Shown here piece after piece: positions 42,525 to 51,429 of a DNA stretch of 52,802 nt. This DNA is from Candidatus Magasanikiibacteriota bacterium (lineage in GTDB: Bacteria > Patescibacteriota > Patescibacteriia > Magasanikbacterales > UBA922). The position numbers and the translations under genes were made by a program. The stretch covers positions 1 to 52,802 of the forward strand of contig JABJHO010000051.1 of assembly GCA_018661775.1 (NCBI GenBank), written 5' to 3'. Under the pieces are notes generated by a model. The model worked only from the letters and a program-made list of their open reading frames with translations. It was not told the origin of the DNA and did not search any database. The stretch's first letter is position 1. Every line of letters starts with the position of its first letter.

Positions 42525-42556
42525 AAAAAAACCAAGAAAGTATCTTGGTTTTTTCT
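42525..42556. terminator. Bidirectional terminator between the PBP gene and the tRNA pair
   Basis: aaaaaaACCAAGAaagtaTCTTGGTttttt: 7-bp stem flanked by an A-run and a T-run. Confidence 0.6.
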
Positions 42557-42558
42557 TG

Positions 42559-42632
42559 TGTCAAGGGGGAGAATTGAACTCCCGACCTCCGGGTTATGAA
42601 TCCGACGCTCTAACCATCTGAGCTACCCTGAC
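42559..42632 (-). tRNA. tRNA with CAU anticodon (elongator Met, or Ile2 if lysidinylated)
   Basis: Hand-folded 74-nt cloverleaf: GTCAGGG-TA-GCTC-AGATGGTTA-GAGC-G-TCGGA-TTCATAA-CCCGG-AGGTC-GGGAG-TTCAATT-CTCCC-CCTTGAC-A. The G1:C72 pair argues against an initiator. No encoded CCA. Confidence 0.85.
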
Positions 42633-42637
42633 ATGTG

Positions 42638-42709
42638 TATCGCCTAGGGGAATCGAACCCCTGTTTCCGGGATGAGAACCCGATGTCCTAACCACTAGAC
42701 GAAGGCGAC
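42638..42709 (-). tRNA. tRNA-Glu (CUC anticodon)
   Basis: 72 nt: GTCGCCT-TC-GTCT-AGTGGTTA-GGAC-A-TCGGG-TTCTCAT-CCCGG-AAAC-AGGGG-TTCGATT-CCCCT-AGGCGAT-A. Close in sequence to classical bacterial tRNA-Glu. No encoded CCA. Confidence 0.85.
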
Positions 42710-42724
42710 ATTTCTAGTGGTAAT

Positions 42725-42753
42725 AGTATACAAGAATGACTGCTTTGTGTCAA
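42725..42753 (-). promoter_or_regulatory. Near-consensus sigma70 promoter of the tRNA-Glu/tRNA-Met pair
   Basis: Minus strand: TTGACA (42753-42748), exactly 17 nt of spacer, TATACT (42730-42725). The tRNA-Glu 5' end (42709) is 15 nt downstream of the -10. Confidence 0.65.
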
Positions 42754-42754
42754 T

Positions 42755-42788
42755 AAAAAACCAGCATGTTATGGTACTGGTTTTTTAT
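42755..42788 (-). terminator. Terminator-like hairpin downstream of the HU gene
   Basis: aaaaaACCAG...CTGGTtttttt: A/T-extended stem with a 12-nt loop and a U-run on the minus strand, immediately after the HU stop at 42793. Confidence 0.5.
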
Positions 42789-42792
42789 TGGA

Positions 42793-43128
42793 TTATATTT
42801 GATTCCAAGGTGCCTGTGTGGAAGAAATGGTTTGTTTTTTGCTGTCTCTCTTACCTTTTAGTGAATCCTTGAGTGCTTTACCTGCTTTGAATTTTGGTAC
42901 GGTTACCGGTGGAATGGTAATTTTTTCGCTTGGCTTTTGTGGATTGACCCCAATTCTACCAGCACGTGTTTTGGCGCTAAACTGACCAAAGCCGGCTATA
43001 TTGACTGTATCACCATTCTGTAGTTGGGACGTGGTGATTTCAACAAATGCACCCACCATATCTTCTGCGTCTTTTTTGGAGGCACCTGTTTTGTCTGCAA
43101 TGGCTTGTGCCAAGGCTGCTTTGTTCAT
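42793..43128 (-). CDS. hup: HU/IHF-family nucleoid protein with a short basic C-terminal tail
   Basis: 'MNKAALAQAIADKTGASKKDAEDMVGAFVEITTSQLQNGDTVNIAGFGQFSAKTRAGRIGVNPQKPSEKITIP'. Start set at the internal ATG (43128). 111 aa; the tail reads 'KGKRDSKKQTISSTQAPWNQI'. Confidence 0.85.
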   Translation of the reverse strand: MNKAALAQAIADKTGASKKDAEDMVGAFVEITTSQLQNGDTVNIAGFGQFSAKTRAGRIGVNPQKPSEKITIPPVTVPKFKAGKALKDSLKGKRDSKKQTISSTQAPWNQI

Positions 43129-43180
43129 AGAGGTATACGAGCTAAGTGAATAAAAAGGTATAGTTAGAAATAATACCTCT

Positions 43181-43209
43181 ATTGTACGATAATTAGCGCA
43201 AGGTGTCAA
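43181..43209 (-). promoter_or_regulatory. Near-consensus sigma70 promoter of the HU gene
   Basis: Minus strand: TTGACA (43209-43204), 17-nt spacer, TACAAT (43186-43181). It lies 11 nt after the rny stop. The track's longer HU ORF would begin inside the -35 element, which supports the shorter call. Confidence 0.6.
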
Positions 43210-43220
43210 TCATATCTTTT

Positions 43221-44738
43221 TTATCTTGCGTATTCGATTGTTCTATTTTCTCTAATAACATTTACCTTAATTTCTCCTGGGTATTGTAATTCACTTTCTA
43301 TTTTTCTTGCAATATCCTTTGCGAGTGTATATGATTGGTAATCATCAATATCTTTTGGATTAACAAATATACGTACTTCGCGCCCTGCTTGAATCGCGTA
43401 TACTTTATCAACGCCAGGAAAATCTTTTGCAGTACTTTCAAGTTCTTCTAGTCGTGCCACATATTGCTCAAATGTGTCCCTTCGTGCCCCAACACGAGAC
43501 GCAGAGATGGCGTCAGCAGCCATACAAAGCTTTGTTAAGAGAAGGGGTGGGTTTGTGTCGTGGTGTGTTAGTGCAACCTCAGCCGTGTCATCGTCCACAT
43601 TAAATTTCTTTAATATGGTATGACCAATCTCTGTGTGAGATCCTTGAGTTTCATGATCAATAGCTTTTCCGATATCATGGAAAAACCCAGCTTTTTTTGC
43701 CTTTGCAGGATCCATACCAACTTCTTCAGCAAGAAGCGCAGACAAGTATCCAACCTCAGTACAGTGGTTGAGTACATTTTGTCCGTAACTCGTTCGGTAT
43801 TTAAGTCTTCCAACAATTGAGACAAGTTTTGGGTCAATACCAATTATACCCATCTTGTGTAGTGTCTCTTCACCTGTTTTTCGCAAATCAATGGCAAGCT
43901 CTTTTTTGGCATTATCTATGTACTCCTCTATTTTTGCTGGCTGTATGCGACCGTCTGTAATAAGTCGTTCTAGGGTGAGCTGACAAACCCGTCTTCGAAT
44001 AGGGGAGAAGCTTGATATAATAAGCATCTCTGGAGTCTCGTCTATAATGAGTTCACATCCTGTCATTTTTTCTATTGTTTTGATGTTTCGCCCTTCTTTT
44101 CCTATAATCCTACCTTTCATTTCTTCGCTTGGAAGTTGAAACATGGTCCCTGTTGTTTCGGCGGCATGATTACATGCGGTGCGTTGCATGGCACCTATAA
44201 CGAGTGACTTTGCTTTTTCTTCTACTTCTTCTCGTGTTTTCTTATCTAGTTTTAGTGTGTGATGAAGGAGGTCCTCTTTTGACTCCTGCTCAACTTGTTC
44301 GATAAGTTTTTCTTTTGCCTCTTCTTTTGAATATCGAGAAACAATTTCTAATTGTTTTTGAGCTTTCTCTTTTACCTCATCTACGCGGACTTTAATTTCT
44401 TGGATCTCTTTAACTTTTTCCTCGAGTTTTGTTTTTCTTGAATCAAATTCTGATATTTTTTTATCAAACATAGATTCACGATCCTCAATCCGAGTGCGCA
44501 TTTTTTCTATGTCTTTTCTTCGCACCTCTTCTTCTTTTTTGGCATCATCGATAATCTTGATAGCCTGTTCTTTTGCTTTGAGCAATAGATCCTTTTCTTT
44601 ATTTTTTGCTTCAATGAGCCTATTCTCCGCTACCGCTTCTATGGAGTTTGCGTTGGCTTGCGCGGTATTTTTTCGCCAAAAATACCCACCAACAGAACCC
44701 ACAATAATTGACACGGCAGCAATAATTATTTCAATCAT
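43221..44738 (-). CDS. rny: Ribonuclease Y
   Basis: N-terminal TM helix, a long charged coiled-coil, the KH motif 'IIGKEGRNIKTIE', and the HD domain 'FFHDIGKAIDHE...ALTHHD'. Confidence 0.9.
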   Translation of the reverse strand: MIEIIIAAVSIIVGSVGGYFWRKNTAQANANSIEAVAENRLIEAKNKEKDLLLKAKEQAIKIIDDAKKEEEVRRKDIEKMRTRIEDRESMFDKKISEFDSRKTKLEEKVKEIQEIKVRVDEVKEKAQKQLEIVSRYSKEEAKEKLIEQVEQESKEDLLHHTLKLDKKTREEVEEKAKSLVIGAMQRTACNHAAETTGTMFQLPSEEMKGRIIGKEGRNIKTIEKMTGCELIIDETPEMLIISSFSPIRRRVCQLTLERLITDGRIQPAKIEEYIDNAKKELAIDLRKTGEETLHKMGIIGIDPKLVSIVGRLKYRTSYGQNVLNHCTEVGYLSALLAEEVGMDPAKAKKAGFFHDIGKAIDHETQGSHTEIGHTILKKFNVDDDTAEVALTHHDTNPPLLLTKLCMAADAISASRVGARRDTFEQYVARLEELESTAKDFPGVDKVYAIQAGREVRIFVNPKDIDDYQSYTLAKDIARKIESELQYPGEIKVNVIRENRTIEYAR

Positions 44739-45043
44739 AATAAAAACCTATAATACTACAGGTACCAGATGTTACATTGCTGTATATACTACTTTTTTCT
44801 ACACAAAAAACACGTTCTATGCACAGACGGATTCTCTAGTGTTTTTTTGGGTAGGGTTAGGTGTCATATATAAAACAAGGTGTGTATATGATAGTATGAT
44901 AATTCATTATACCATGCATATGTATAAGCCTGGTACAGCTATAATGTGTAAATTAGTACATAGTAAGTATATCCAATAATATCTCAGATGTCAATCAAGA
45001 CTTCATTGATTTTAGTACTTATTTTAGGTAGTATATATATACT

Positions 45044-46543
45044 ATGATAAAAACAGTGAGCCACAATGTAAGAAACATGACCATTGCATCGGTTGGACAA
45101 AAAATATGTGCATTTGTCTACTTTACGATACTTGCGCGTTATCTTGGGCCCGAAGATGTGGGAAAGTATGTGTTTACCCTTTCTTTCGCGGCTATTTTTG
45201 TGATTTTGATTGATCTGGGACTTACAAGTGTGTTGATACGAGAAGGCGCGCGACACAAAGAGAGATTGCAAAAATATATTTCCACTATTGTATATGTAAA
45301 AGTACCTCTTGGTGTGTTGGCATATATACTCATGTTGTGTAGCGTGGTATTTCTTGGCTATAGCAGACAGGTTGTTGCAATGGTGGGGGTGGCGGGTATT
45401 ACCATGTTCTTTGACTCTTTACATATGACATTTTTTGGTGCACTTCGCGCACATGGTGACTTACGATATGAAGCGTATGGTATGGTCGGGAGTCAGTTAG
45501 TCACAGTAATTCTAGGGCTATTGTGTGTATGGTTCAAATTACCGCTCATCTATTTGGTTGGGGTGTTTACTATTTCAAGTTTTCTTAATGTGTTATTTGC
45601 ACTTGTCGTTGTGCAAAGAATACTGCACCTTTCATTTGTACCACGTTTTGATAAAGCAACATTTGTACAGGTAAAAAAAATCGCAATTCCGTTTGCTGTG
45701 GCCGCCTGTGCCGCGCGGGTATATTCATATATTGATTCTATTATATTATCAAAGTTAGCCGGTGACATTGCTGTTGGAATTTACGCAATTCCGTATAAAA
45801 TTACATTTGCCTTTCAATTTATACCGCTAGCACTTATTGCATCACTGTATCCAATGTTTAGTAAACTCTTTCAAGAAAATAAAGAGGCGCTTGCAGAGCA
45901 TTTTGCACATGCCGTGCAATATCTTGCTATTATTGTTTTTCCGCTTGCTTTTGGGTTAGGTGTGCTTGCTGAGGAAGTTATTGTAGGGCTTTACACAATG
46001 CAGTACTATGATTCAATTATACCATTACGTATATTGCTGGTAAGTTTAATCTTTTCTTTCCTAGGTTTTCCTGTTGGGGCATTGCTTAATGCGTGCAATA
46101 GACAAGCTACGCAGACACGAATAGTATTGTGGGTAATGGTGGTAAATATCGTGTTAAACCTTGTGTTTATTACTCATTTTGGGGCCATTGCCGCTGCAAG
46201 TGCAGCACTGATTGGAAATGTACTACTCACCTGTGTAGGATATGGTGTGGTGAGACATATTATTACCATAAAACAAAAAATATTTTTCATGATGCTAGGA
46301 AAAATTATGCTGGTTGCAGGAGTCATGGGAGTGGTGGTTTGGTGTATGCATGAGCCAAGCACCCAACTCGCTTCAGCGGTGTTTGGCGGATACTGGGGAG
46401 ACAGTCTTGTTGTGGGGGTAGCGATGTTGTTACGTATAGTTTTTGGCGGTATACTATATGTGCTAGGTCTTATGTCACTTCGTGTTATAACAAAAAAAGA
46501 ATGGCAACTTGCTCTTCGTACTATTCGAGGAAAAGTTATATAA
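45044..46543 (+). CDS. Oligosaccharide/polysaccharide flippase (MOP/Wzx family)
   Basis: 499 aa and hydrophobic throughout. Its N-terminus 'VGQKICAFVYFTILARYLGPEDVGKYVF' parallels the flippase at 8763-10220. Confidence 0.7.
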   Translation: MIKTVSHNVRNMTIASVGQKICAFVYFTILARYLGPEDVGKYVFTLSFAAIFVILIDLGLTSVLIREGARHKERLQKYISTIVYVKVPLGVLAYILMLCSVVFLGYSRQVVAMVGVAGITMFFDSLHMTFFGALRAHGDLRYEAYGMVGSQLVTVILGLLCVWFKLPLIYLVGVFTISSFLNVLFALVVVQRILHLSFVPRFDKATFVQVKKIAIPFAVAACAARVYSYIDSIILSKLAGDIAVGIYAIPYKITFAFQFIPLALIASLYPMFSKLFQENKEALAEHFAHAVQYLAIIVFPLAFGLGVLAEEVIVGLYTMQYYDSIIPLRILLVSLIFSFLGFPVGALLNACNRQATQTRIVLWVMVVNIVLNLVFITHFGAIAAASAALIGNVLLTCVGYGVVRHIITIKQKIFFMMLGKIMLVAGVMGVVVWCMHEPSTQLASAVFGGYWGDSLVVGVAMLLRIVFGGILYVLGLMSLRVITKKEWQLALRTIRGKVI

Positions 46544-46558
46544 AAGAATAATTAATTT

Positions 46559-47695
46559 ATGAAAAAAATACTTATTATTACATTAGAGTTTCCACCAATA
46601 ATCGGTGGAGTTGGGGTGTACGTTGCTGACTTTGCTGCGGCTTGCCCAAAAGATCGTGTTGTTGTGCTTGCACCAAAACGAGAAAATACACAAGTAGACC
46701 ACACAGTATATCAGCATAGGCTTATACGAAAGAATATGTTTTTTCCCGCATTATTTTGGCCAAGATGGATAAAATTGTTTTTTCAGGTAAAAAAAATCAT
46801 AAAAAAAGAAAACATTACGCATATTCATGTACACCATATACTGCCTGTGGGGTATGTGGCATTATTGTGTAAAAGGTTTTTTGGTACGTCATTTACCGTA
46901 TTTTCTCACGGTACCGACGTGCATCTTGCTGCGCAACATTGGTGGAAGCGTTTGTGGGCTAAAAAAATAGTATTGGCATCGTCTCGTGTATTTGCAAATA
47001 GTGAGAATCTTACGTCAAAGATTACACAAGAGTTTCCATCTCTTGCTTCACGTGTGGAGGTGCTCTACCCGTGCCCTAATGCTGATTTTCTTGTGGCACC
47101 AAAAAAAGAGGTAGTGCAACAAGTGAAACAACAGTATGCCATAGAAGGAAAGCAAGTGCTCTTGTCGGTCAGTCGTCTGGTAGATGGAAAGGGGTTGAGT
47201 TATTTATTGAGTATCCTTCCAAAAATAGCAAAAAAAATCCCGCATTTGGTGTGGGTTATTGTTGGGGATGGAGAAAAAAAACACATGTTGATGCGTGAAG
47301 TACAAAAAAAAGGATTACAAAATATTGTGAGATTTGTGGGGAACGTGCCACACGAACAGTTGAAGGTGTTTTACTATGCGGCCGATGTCTTTGCATTACT
47401 TACTCACCCATATAGAGGAAAAGAAGAAGGACTGGGCTTGGTATTCTTAGAGGCTGCCGCTGCCGGACTTCCTGTGGTTGCTGGTAGGAGTGGGGGAGTA
47501 GGAGAGGCTGTGGTAGATAAAAAAACAGGGTTGATTATTGATGCACATGCAAATTTGGACGGTGTTGTAGATGCAATAGTGGGATTTTTATCAGACAAAG
47601 CAGTGGCAAGGCAGTTTGGGGAAGCAGGAAAGGCGCGTATCCGGAGTGAGTTTATTTGGAAAAATCAGGTGGCAAAAGCATTAGACGAGTCGTAG
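46559..47695 (+). CDS. GT4-family glycosyltransferase
   Basis: 'EGLGLVFLEAAAAGLPVVAGRSGGVGEAVVDKKTGLII'. The same motif block occurs in the low-GC GT4 at 10323-11465. Confidence 0.8.
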   Translation: MKKILIITLEFPPIIGGVGVYVADFAAACPKDRVVVLAPKRENTQVDHTVYQHRLIRKNMFFPALFWPRWIKLFFQVKKIIKKENITHIHVHHILPVGYVALLCKRFFGTSFTVFSHGTDVHLAAQHWWKRLWAKKIVLASSRVFANSENLTSKITQEFPSLASRVEVLYPCPNADFLVAPKKEVVQQVKQQYAIEGKQVLLSVSRLVDGKGLSYLLSILPKIAKKIPHLVWVIVGDGEKKHMLMREVQKKGLQNIVRFVGNVPHEQLKVFYYAADVFALLTHPYRGKEEGLGLVFLEAAAAGLPVVAGRSGGVGEAVVDKKTGLIIDAHANLDGVVDAIVGFLSDKAVARQFGEAGKARIRSEFIWKNQVAKALDES

Positions 47696-47697
47696 AT

Positions 47698-48471
47698 ATG
47701 ATACAGAAGAAAGAAACAACACCGTGGGTAAGTATTGTTATTCCTGTATACAACCATGCAGAGACACTATATTCGTGCCTCATGTCTGTAAGAAAGCAGG
47801 TGTACCAGCACATTGAGGTTATTATTGTTGATGATGGTTCTGATATACCTATTTCTTCTGACAAGCAAAAGATACAGTCTTTGGGTTTTATCAGTGTTGA
47901 AGAAAAAGGACAAGAAGAAAACGCACAGTGTTTTACCATGCGTATTGTGAGGCAAAAAAATGCTGGTGCCCCTGCCGCAAGAAATGCAGGGTTTTCTTAT
48001 GCAAAAGGTGAGTATATATTATTTCTTGATGCTGATATTATATGCCGTCCTGATATGGTGCAAAAAATGGTTGAGACATTAGAGGAAGATGCTAGCGCAA
48101 GTATTGCGTATAGTAATTTTTATTTTGGAAAGAAAAAAATGCCAGCACAGATGTTTGATACTCATACACTGAAAAAACGTAATTATATATCCACCATGTC
48201 ATTGATTCGCCATAAAGACTTTCCTGGATTTGATGCAACATTGTCACGTTTTCAGGATTGGGACCTATGGTTAACAATGGCTGAAAAAGAAAAAAGAGGG
48301 GTGTGGATTGACGCATATCTCTTTCAGGCCATTCCACATGCATTTGGTATTAGCACATGGCTTCCTAGGTGGGCGTATGACAAACCATGGAAGTATATTC
48401 CTGGGGTACGCAACAAAGTGCGTCGCTTTGAGCGAGCAAAAAAGATTATTGAAAACAAACACCACCTGTAG
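47698..48471 (+). CDS. GT2-family glycosyltransferase
   Basis: 'VSIVIPVYNHAETLYSCLMSVRKQVYQHIEVIIVDDGSD', 'NAGAPAARNAG' and 'LFLDADI'. ATG 47698 is preferred over the overlapping track start at 47656. Confidence 0.8.
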   Translation: MIQKKETTPWVSIVIPVYNHAETLYSCLMSVRKQVYQHIEVIIVDDGSDIPISSDKQKIQSLGFISVEEKGQEENAQCFTMRIVRQKNAGAPAARNAGFSYAKGEYILFLDADIICRPDMVQKMVETLEEDASASIAYSNFYFGKKKMPAQMFDTHTLKKRNYISTMSLIRHKDFPGFDATLSRFQDWDLWLTMAEKEKRGVWIDAYLFQAIPHAFGISTWLPRWAYDKPWKYIPGVRNKVRRFERAKKIIENKHHL

Positions 48472-48485
48472 GGTGGTGGTATGGT

Positions 48486-49973
48486 TTATGTAGTTCTTCT
48501 AAATAATCGATAGAAGTAGTTCACGATTATGTCGAGCGGAGTGTGTTTTTGTGTCACAAGAACACAGCAGAGTGTGAGAAAGAATATGCCAAGTACATGA
48601 GTAAAGATGGGGGTAAATATTTCTATAAATAGGAGTGAAACGAGGACTCCCAATATACCCACATAGAGGCCGTGAAATTCTTTTGTCTTTTTGATGTGAG
48701 TAACAAGCGTGTAAAGTAGGCTAGATAAAAAGAAGACAAATATACCAAGGCCGACAAAACCAAGTTCAGCTATGATTTCAAGATATCCCCAGTCAAACTG
48801 TCTTGTGGTGACTATTTTGGAAGAGTTTGGTGGTTGGAAACGAATGGTTGAGCCAAGTCCAGAGCCAAAAAATGGTGCTTGGGAGATTTTTCTTTGTATT
48901 GGGTCTAGTAGTGTGGTTCTTGTGTACGTGCTTTGTTCTGTTTCTGGGTGGAGTATGCTTGCTGCTCGGTCGAAGAATAGTGTTTGTCCAAATGACGTAC
49001 CTCCACTTGCGATAAAGTGTGTTACAAAAAAGCTGAGTATCATGGTTATGGTGACGGCAAAAACAATTCCTATGTATCGGAGCAGGTCTCTTCGGTAGTA
49101 TAGTGGTAATAGTCCAATCAGCGCACCCAGGATGTAGGCACGAGAAAGGTTGAGTACAAGGATAATACTGCTTGCCAGAATAATACCATACCACAATACA
49201 TGGTGTTTTTCTTTTTTCATAACAAGGGACGTAGATATAATCAGTGCTACGATTGCAAAAATGTGTTCTGGTAAGACAATACGAAAAAATCCTGTATACA
49301 TGTTGGTGACCTTACCCATGAGTACGTCACGAAACCACGAGTAATAGTGGTCATGTATAATGGCTGCCCCAGAGGAAAATAGTATTTCATTACACAAAGA
49401 GAAGAGTGCGGTACAGAATACACTTACAACACAAAGGCGGAGAAAAAACTCCTGCCCTTTTTTGTCTTGCATAAGGTGAAACATGGGAGGTAGTAGTGCA
49501 AAAAAGAGAAATGGCACCAGATCTTGGAGCGCTGCTACAAGAGTGTTTCCCTGGAGAACTCCGTTGGTGGTGGTAAGTACTACGTAGCAGCACATGCCTA
49601 TAATGGTGTAGAAAAGTATATGTGGAATAGAGAAGTTGTGCCACTTATTTTTTTTCGTCAGGGTATAAATTATATAGAGAAGAGAAAACACAAGAAGGAA
49701 TACCGAGCGTATAGCAAGACCACCCAACTCAAAGAGGTGACCAGACCCGCCCAAAAATAACTCGATAAGTATTAAGGAGAGTGCCCATTGAGGTTTTTTG
49801 AAAAACAGTATGCCGAGTGTCATGACAGCGCAAAAAACTATTGTTCCTTGTGCGAATGTTGATGTGAATGTGGTAAATGACAATACGCGTGCAAGAACGT
49901 ATATACCAAAAAACACCCACGTCTGCCTATGAAAAAAAATGGCTTGGTGTGTTAGGTGTTTTTTATAAAGCAT
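48486..49973 (-). CDS. O-antigen ligase/polymerase-like (Wzy_C-type) polytopic membrane protein
   Basis: 495 aa with about a dozen hydrophobic segments and one larger loop ('ASGGTSFGQTLFFDRAASILHPETEQSTYTRTTL...GSGLGS'). Family assignment is tentative. Confidence 0.5.
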   Translation of the reverse strand: MLYKKHLTHQAIFFHRQTWVFFGIYVLARVLSFTTFTSTFAQGTIVFCAVMTLGILFFKKPQWALSLILIELFLGGSGHLFELGGLAIRSVFLLVFSLLYIIYTLTKKNKWHNFSIPHILFYTIIGMCCYVVLTTTNGVLQGNTLVAALQDLVPFLFFALLPPMFHLMQDKKGQEFFLRLCVVSVFCTALFSLCNEILFSSGAAIIHDHYYSWFRDVLMGKVTNMYTGFFRIVLPEHIFAIVALIISTSLVMKKEKHHVLWYGIILASSIILVLNLSRAYILGALIGLLPLYYRRDLLRYIGIVFAVTITMILSFFVTHFIASGGTSFGQTLFFDRAASILHPETEQSTYTRTTLLDPIQRKISQAPFFGSGLGSTIRFQPPNSSKIVTTRQFDWGYLEIIAELGFVGLGIFVFFLSSLLYTLVTHIKKTKEFHGLYVGILGVLVSLLFIEIFTPIFTHVLGIFFLTLCCVLVTQKHTPLDIIVNYFYRLFRRTT

Positions 49974-49976
49974 AAT

Positions 49977-50906
49977 TTAGAGGAATTGTGTTTTGTCTAT
50001 GTTTTGGTTTCCTTGAAGAAATGCATGGGTAGTCATAACTGCTTTACCTTCTGGCTGAAGAGAGGAGATGGTGAGAGACCCTTCTTTGCATGCTATGTAC
50101 AGTATACCATCTTTTATGTGTACTGTTCCAGGCGCAAGTGGTAATGTTGCATGGTCTGGTTTTACAGTGATAAGCTTGATCCGTGTATCATTCCAAGTGG
50201 TCCAGATACCAGGCCACGGTGTAAGTCCACGGTATTGGTTGTAGATCTGTTCTGCAGTATTGAGCCAGTTCACCTTACCGTTCTCACGCGTAAGTTGTTT
50301 GCAAAGAGTTGCCTTGGAACTGTCCTGTGGTACGGGAGCCAAAGTGCCTGCGACATATGGTGGTATGGTGTGTAAAAGTAGTTCAGCGCTCACATCGGCA
50401 AGTGTATTGCTGAGTGTGACATAGGTGTCATCTGGGTCTATGGCAACCGCCTTTTGTGCGAGTATGGGCCCGGTATCAAGCCCCTTGTCCATGCACATAA
50501 TCGTTGTGCCGGTGGTGACATTTCCATCCATAATACTGTGTTGAATGGGAGATGCGCCTCGGTATTTTGGGAGGAGTGATGTGTGAACATTGAGTGTGTT
50601 GTGTTTTGGAAAATAGAGAAGAGATTCTGGAATAATATTACCGTATTGTGCCACAATGACTAGGTCAATGTCTTTTTCTACAAAAGTAAATTTTTTTAAG
50701 GTGTCTGGCTGAAGTATGTTGAGGTCATGGTTTTTTGCATATACTTTGACTGGTGATGGATGGAGAATTCTTTTTCTTCCAACAGGTCTATCTGGTTGGG
50801 TAATAACATGTGCTACTGTAACAAAAGATGCACGATTAAGTGCATCAAGAATTGTGACAGCAAACTCATGAGTACCAAAAAATACAGTGGTGAGTCGGTG
50901 TGTCAT
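49977..50906 (-). CDS. fmt: Methionyl-tRNA formyltransferase
   Basis: 'VFFGTHEFAV', 'LNVHTSLLPKYRGASPIQHSIMDG' and 'TGTTIMCMDKGLDTGPIL'. Confidence 0.9.
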   Translation of the reverse strand: MTHRLTTVFFGTHEFAVTILDALNRASFVTVAHVITQPDRPVGRKRILHPSPVKVYAKNHDLNILQPDTLKKFTFVEKDIDLVIVAQYGNIIPESLLYFPKHNTLNVHTSLLPKYRGASPIQHSIMDGNVTTGTTIMCMDKGLDTGPILAQKAVAIDPDDTYVTLSNTLADVSAELLLHTIPPYVAGTLAPVPQDSSKATLCKQLTRENGKVNWLNTAEQIYNQYRGLTPWPGIWTTWNDTRIKLITVKPDHATLPLAPGTVHIKDGILYIACKEGSLTISSLQPEGKAVMTTHAFLQGNQNIDKTQFL

Positions 50907-50914
50907 ATGTATAA

Positions 50915-51421
50915 TTATTTATTGGTAAAGACGTGTTTTGCTTTGTCTACAAAGAGGATCCCATCAAGGTGGTCTACTTCATGTTGAATAACACGAGCTA
51001 GGGTGCCAGATGTTTCTATAGTAACAGGTATGCCATCGCGGGTTAATGCTGACAATGTAATATGGGTATATCTTTTTACTTTTCCATACGTGTCTGGCAC
51101 CGATAAACACCCTTCTGTGTCCCAGTTAGTTTTTCGACTTGTTCTTTCCCAGGTTGGGTTTATAAGCACTACCGATGTTTTTGGATCAATATTTCCTTCT
51201 TTTGTAGTGTATCGTGTAAATGCGTCTTTGTCTATAACAACTATGCAAATATTATTGCCAACTTGTGGTGCGGCAATCCCTATGCCGTCATAGGTTTTCA
51301 TTGCATCAATAAGTGCGTCAATAAAAACCTGTAGATCTGGTTTCTGCAAGTCTTCTTTGGTAACAATCGTTGATTGCTTTCGTAAATTTTCGTCTGGAAG
51401 TGTCCGGATAGTAAGAGGCAT
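50915..51421 (-). CDS. def: Peptide deformylase
   Basis: All three motifs are present: 'GIGIAAPQVG', 'EGCLSVP' and 'QHEVDHLDG'. Confidence 0.9.
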   Translation of the reverse strand: MPLTIRTLPDENLRKQSTIVTKEDLQKPDLQVFIDALIDAMKTYDGIGIAAPQVGNNICIVVIDKDAFTRYTTKEGNIDPKTSVVLINPTWERTSRKTNWDTEGCLSVPDTYGKVKRYTHITLSALTRDGIPVTIETSGTLARVIQHEVDHLDGILFVDKAKHVFTNK

Positions 51422-51429
51422 AGAGAGTG

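Noticed and set aside
44494-45271. Track ORFs 44494-44979 (+, 161 aa) and 44984-45271 (-, 95 aa) in and around the rny/flippase divergent spacer.
   Set aside because: The first is mostly antisense to the rny 5' end and then runs through the AT-rich spacer. The second overlaps the flippase start. Both are low-complexity with no motifs. The spacer is better explained as a divergent promoter region.
48461-48477. ACCACC-tgtag-GGTGGT hairpin overlapping the GT2 stop, between convergent genes, considered as a terminator.
   Set aside because: It has only a 6-bp stem and no flanking U-run on either strand, so it is too weak to call.
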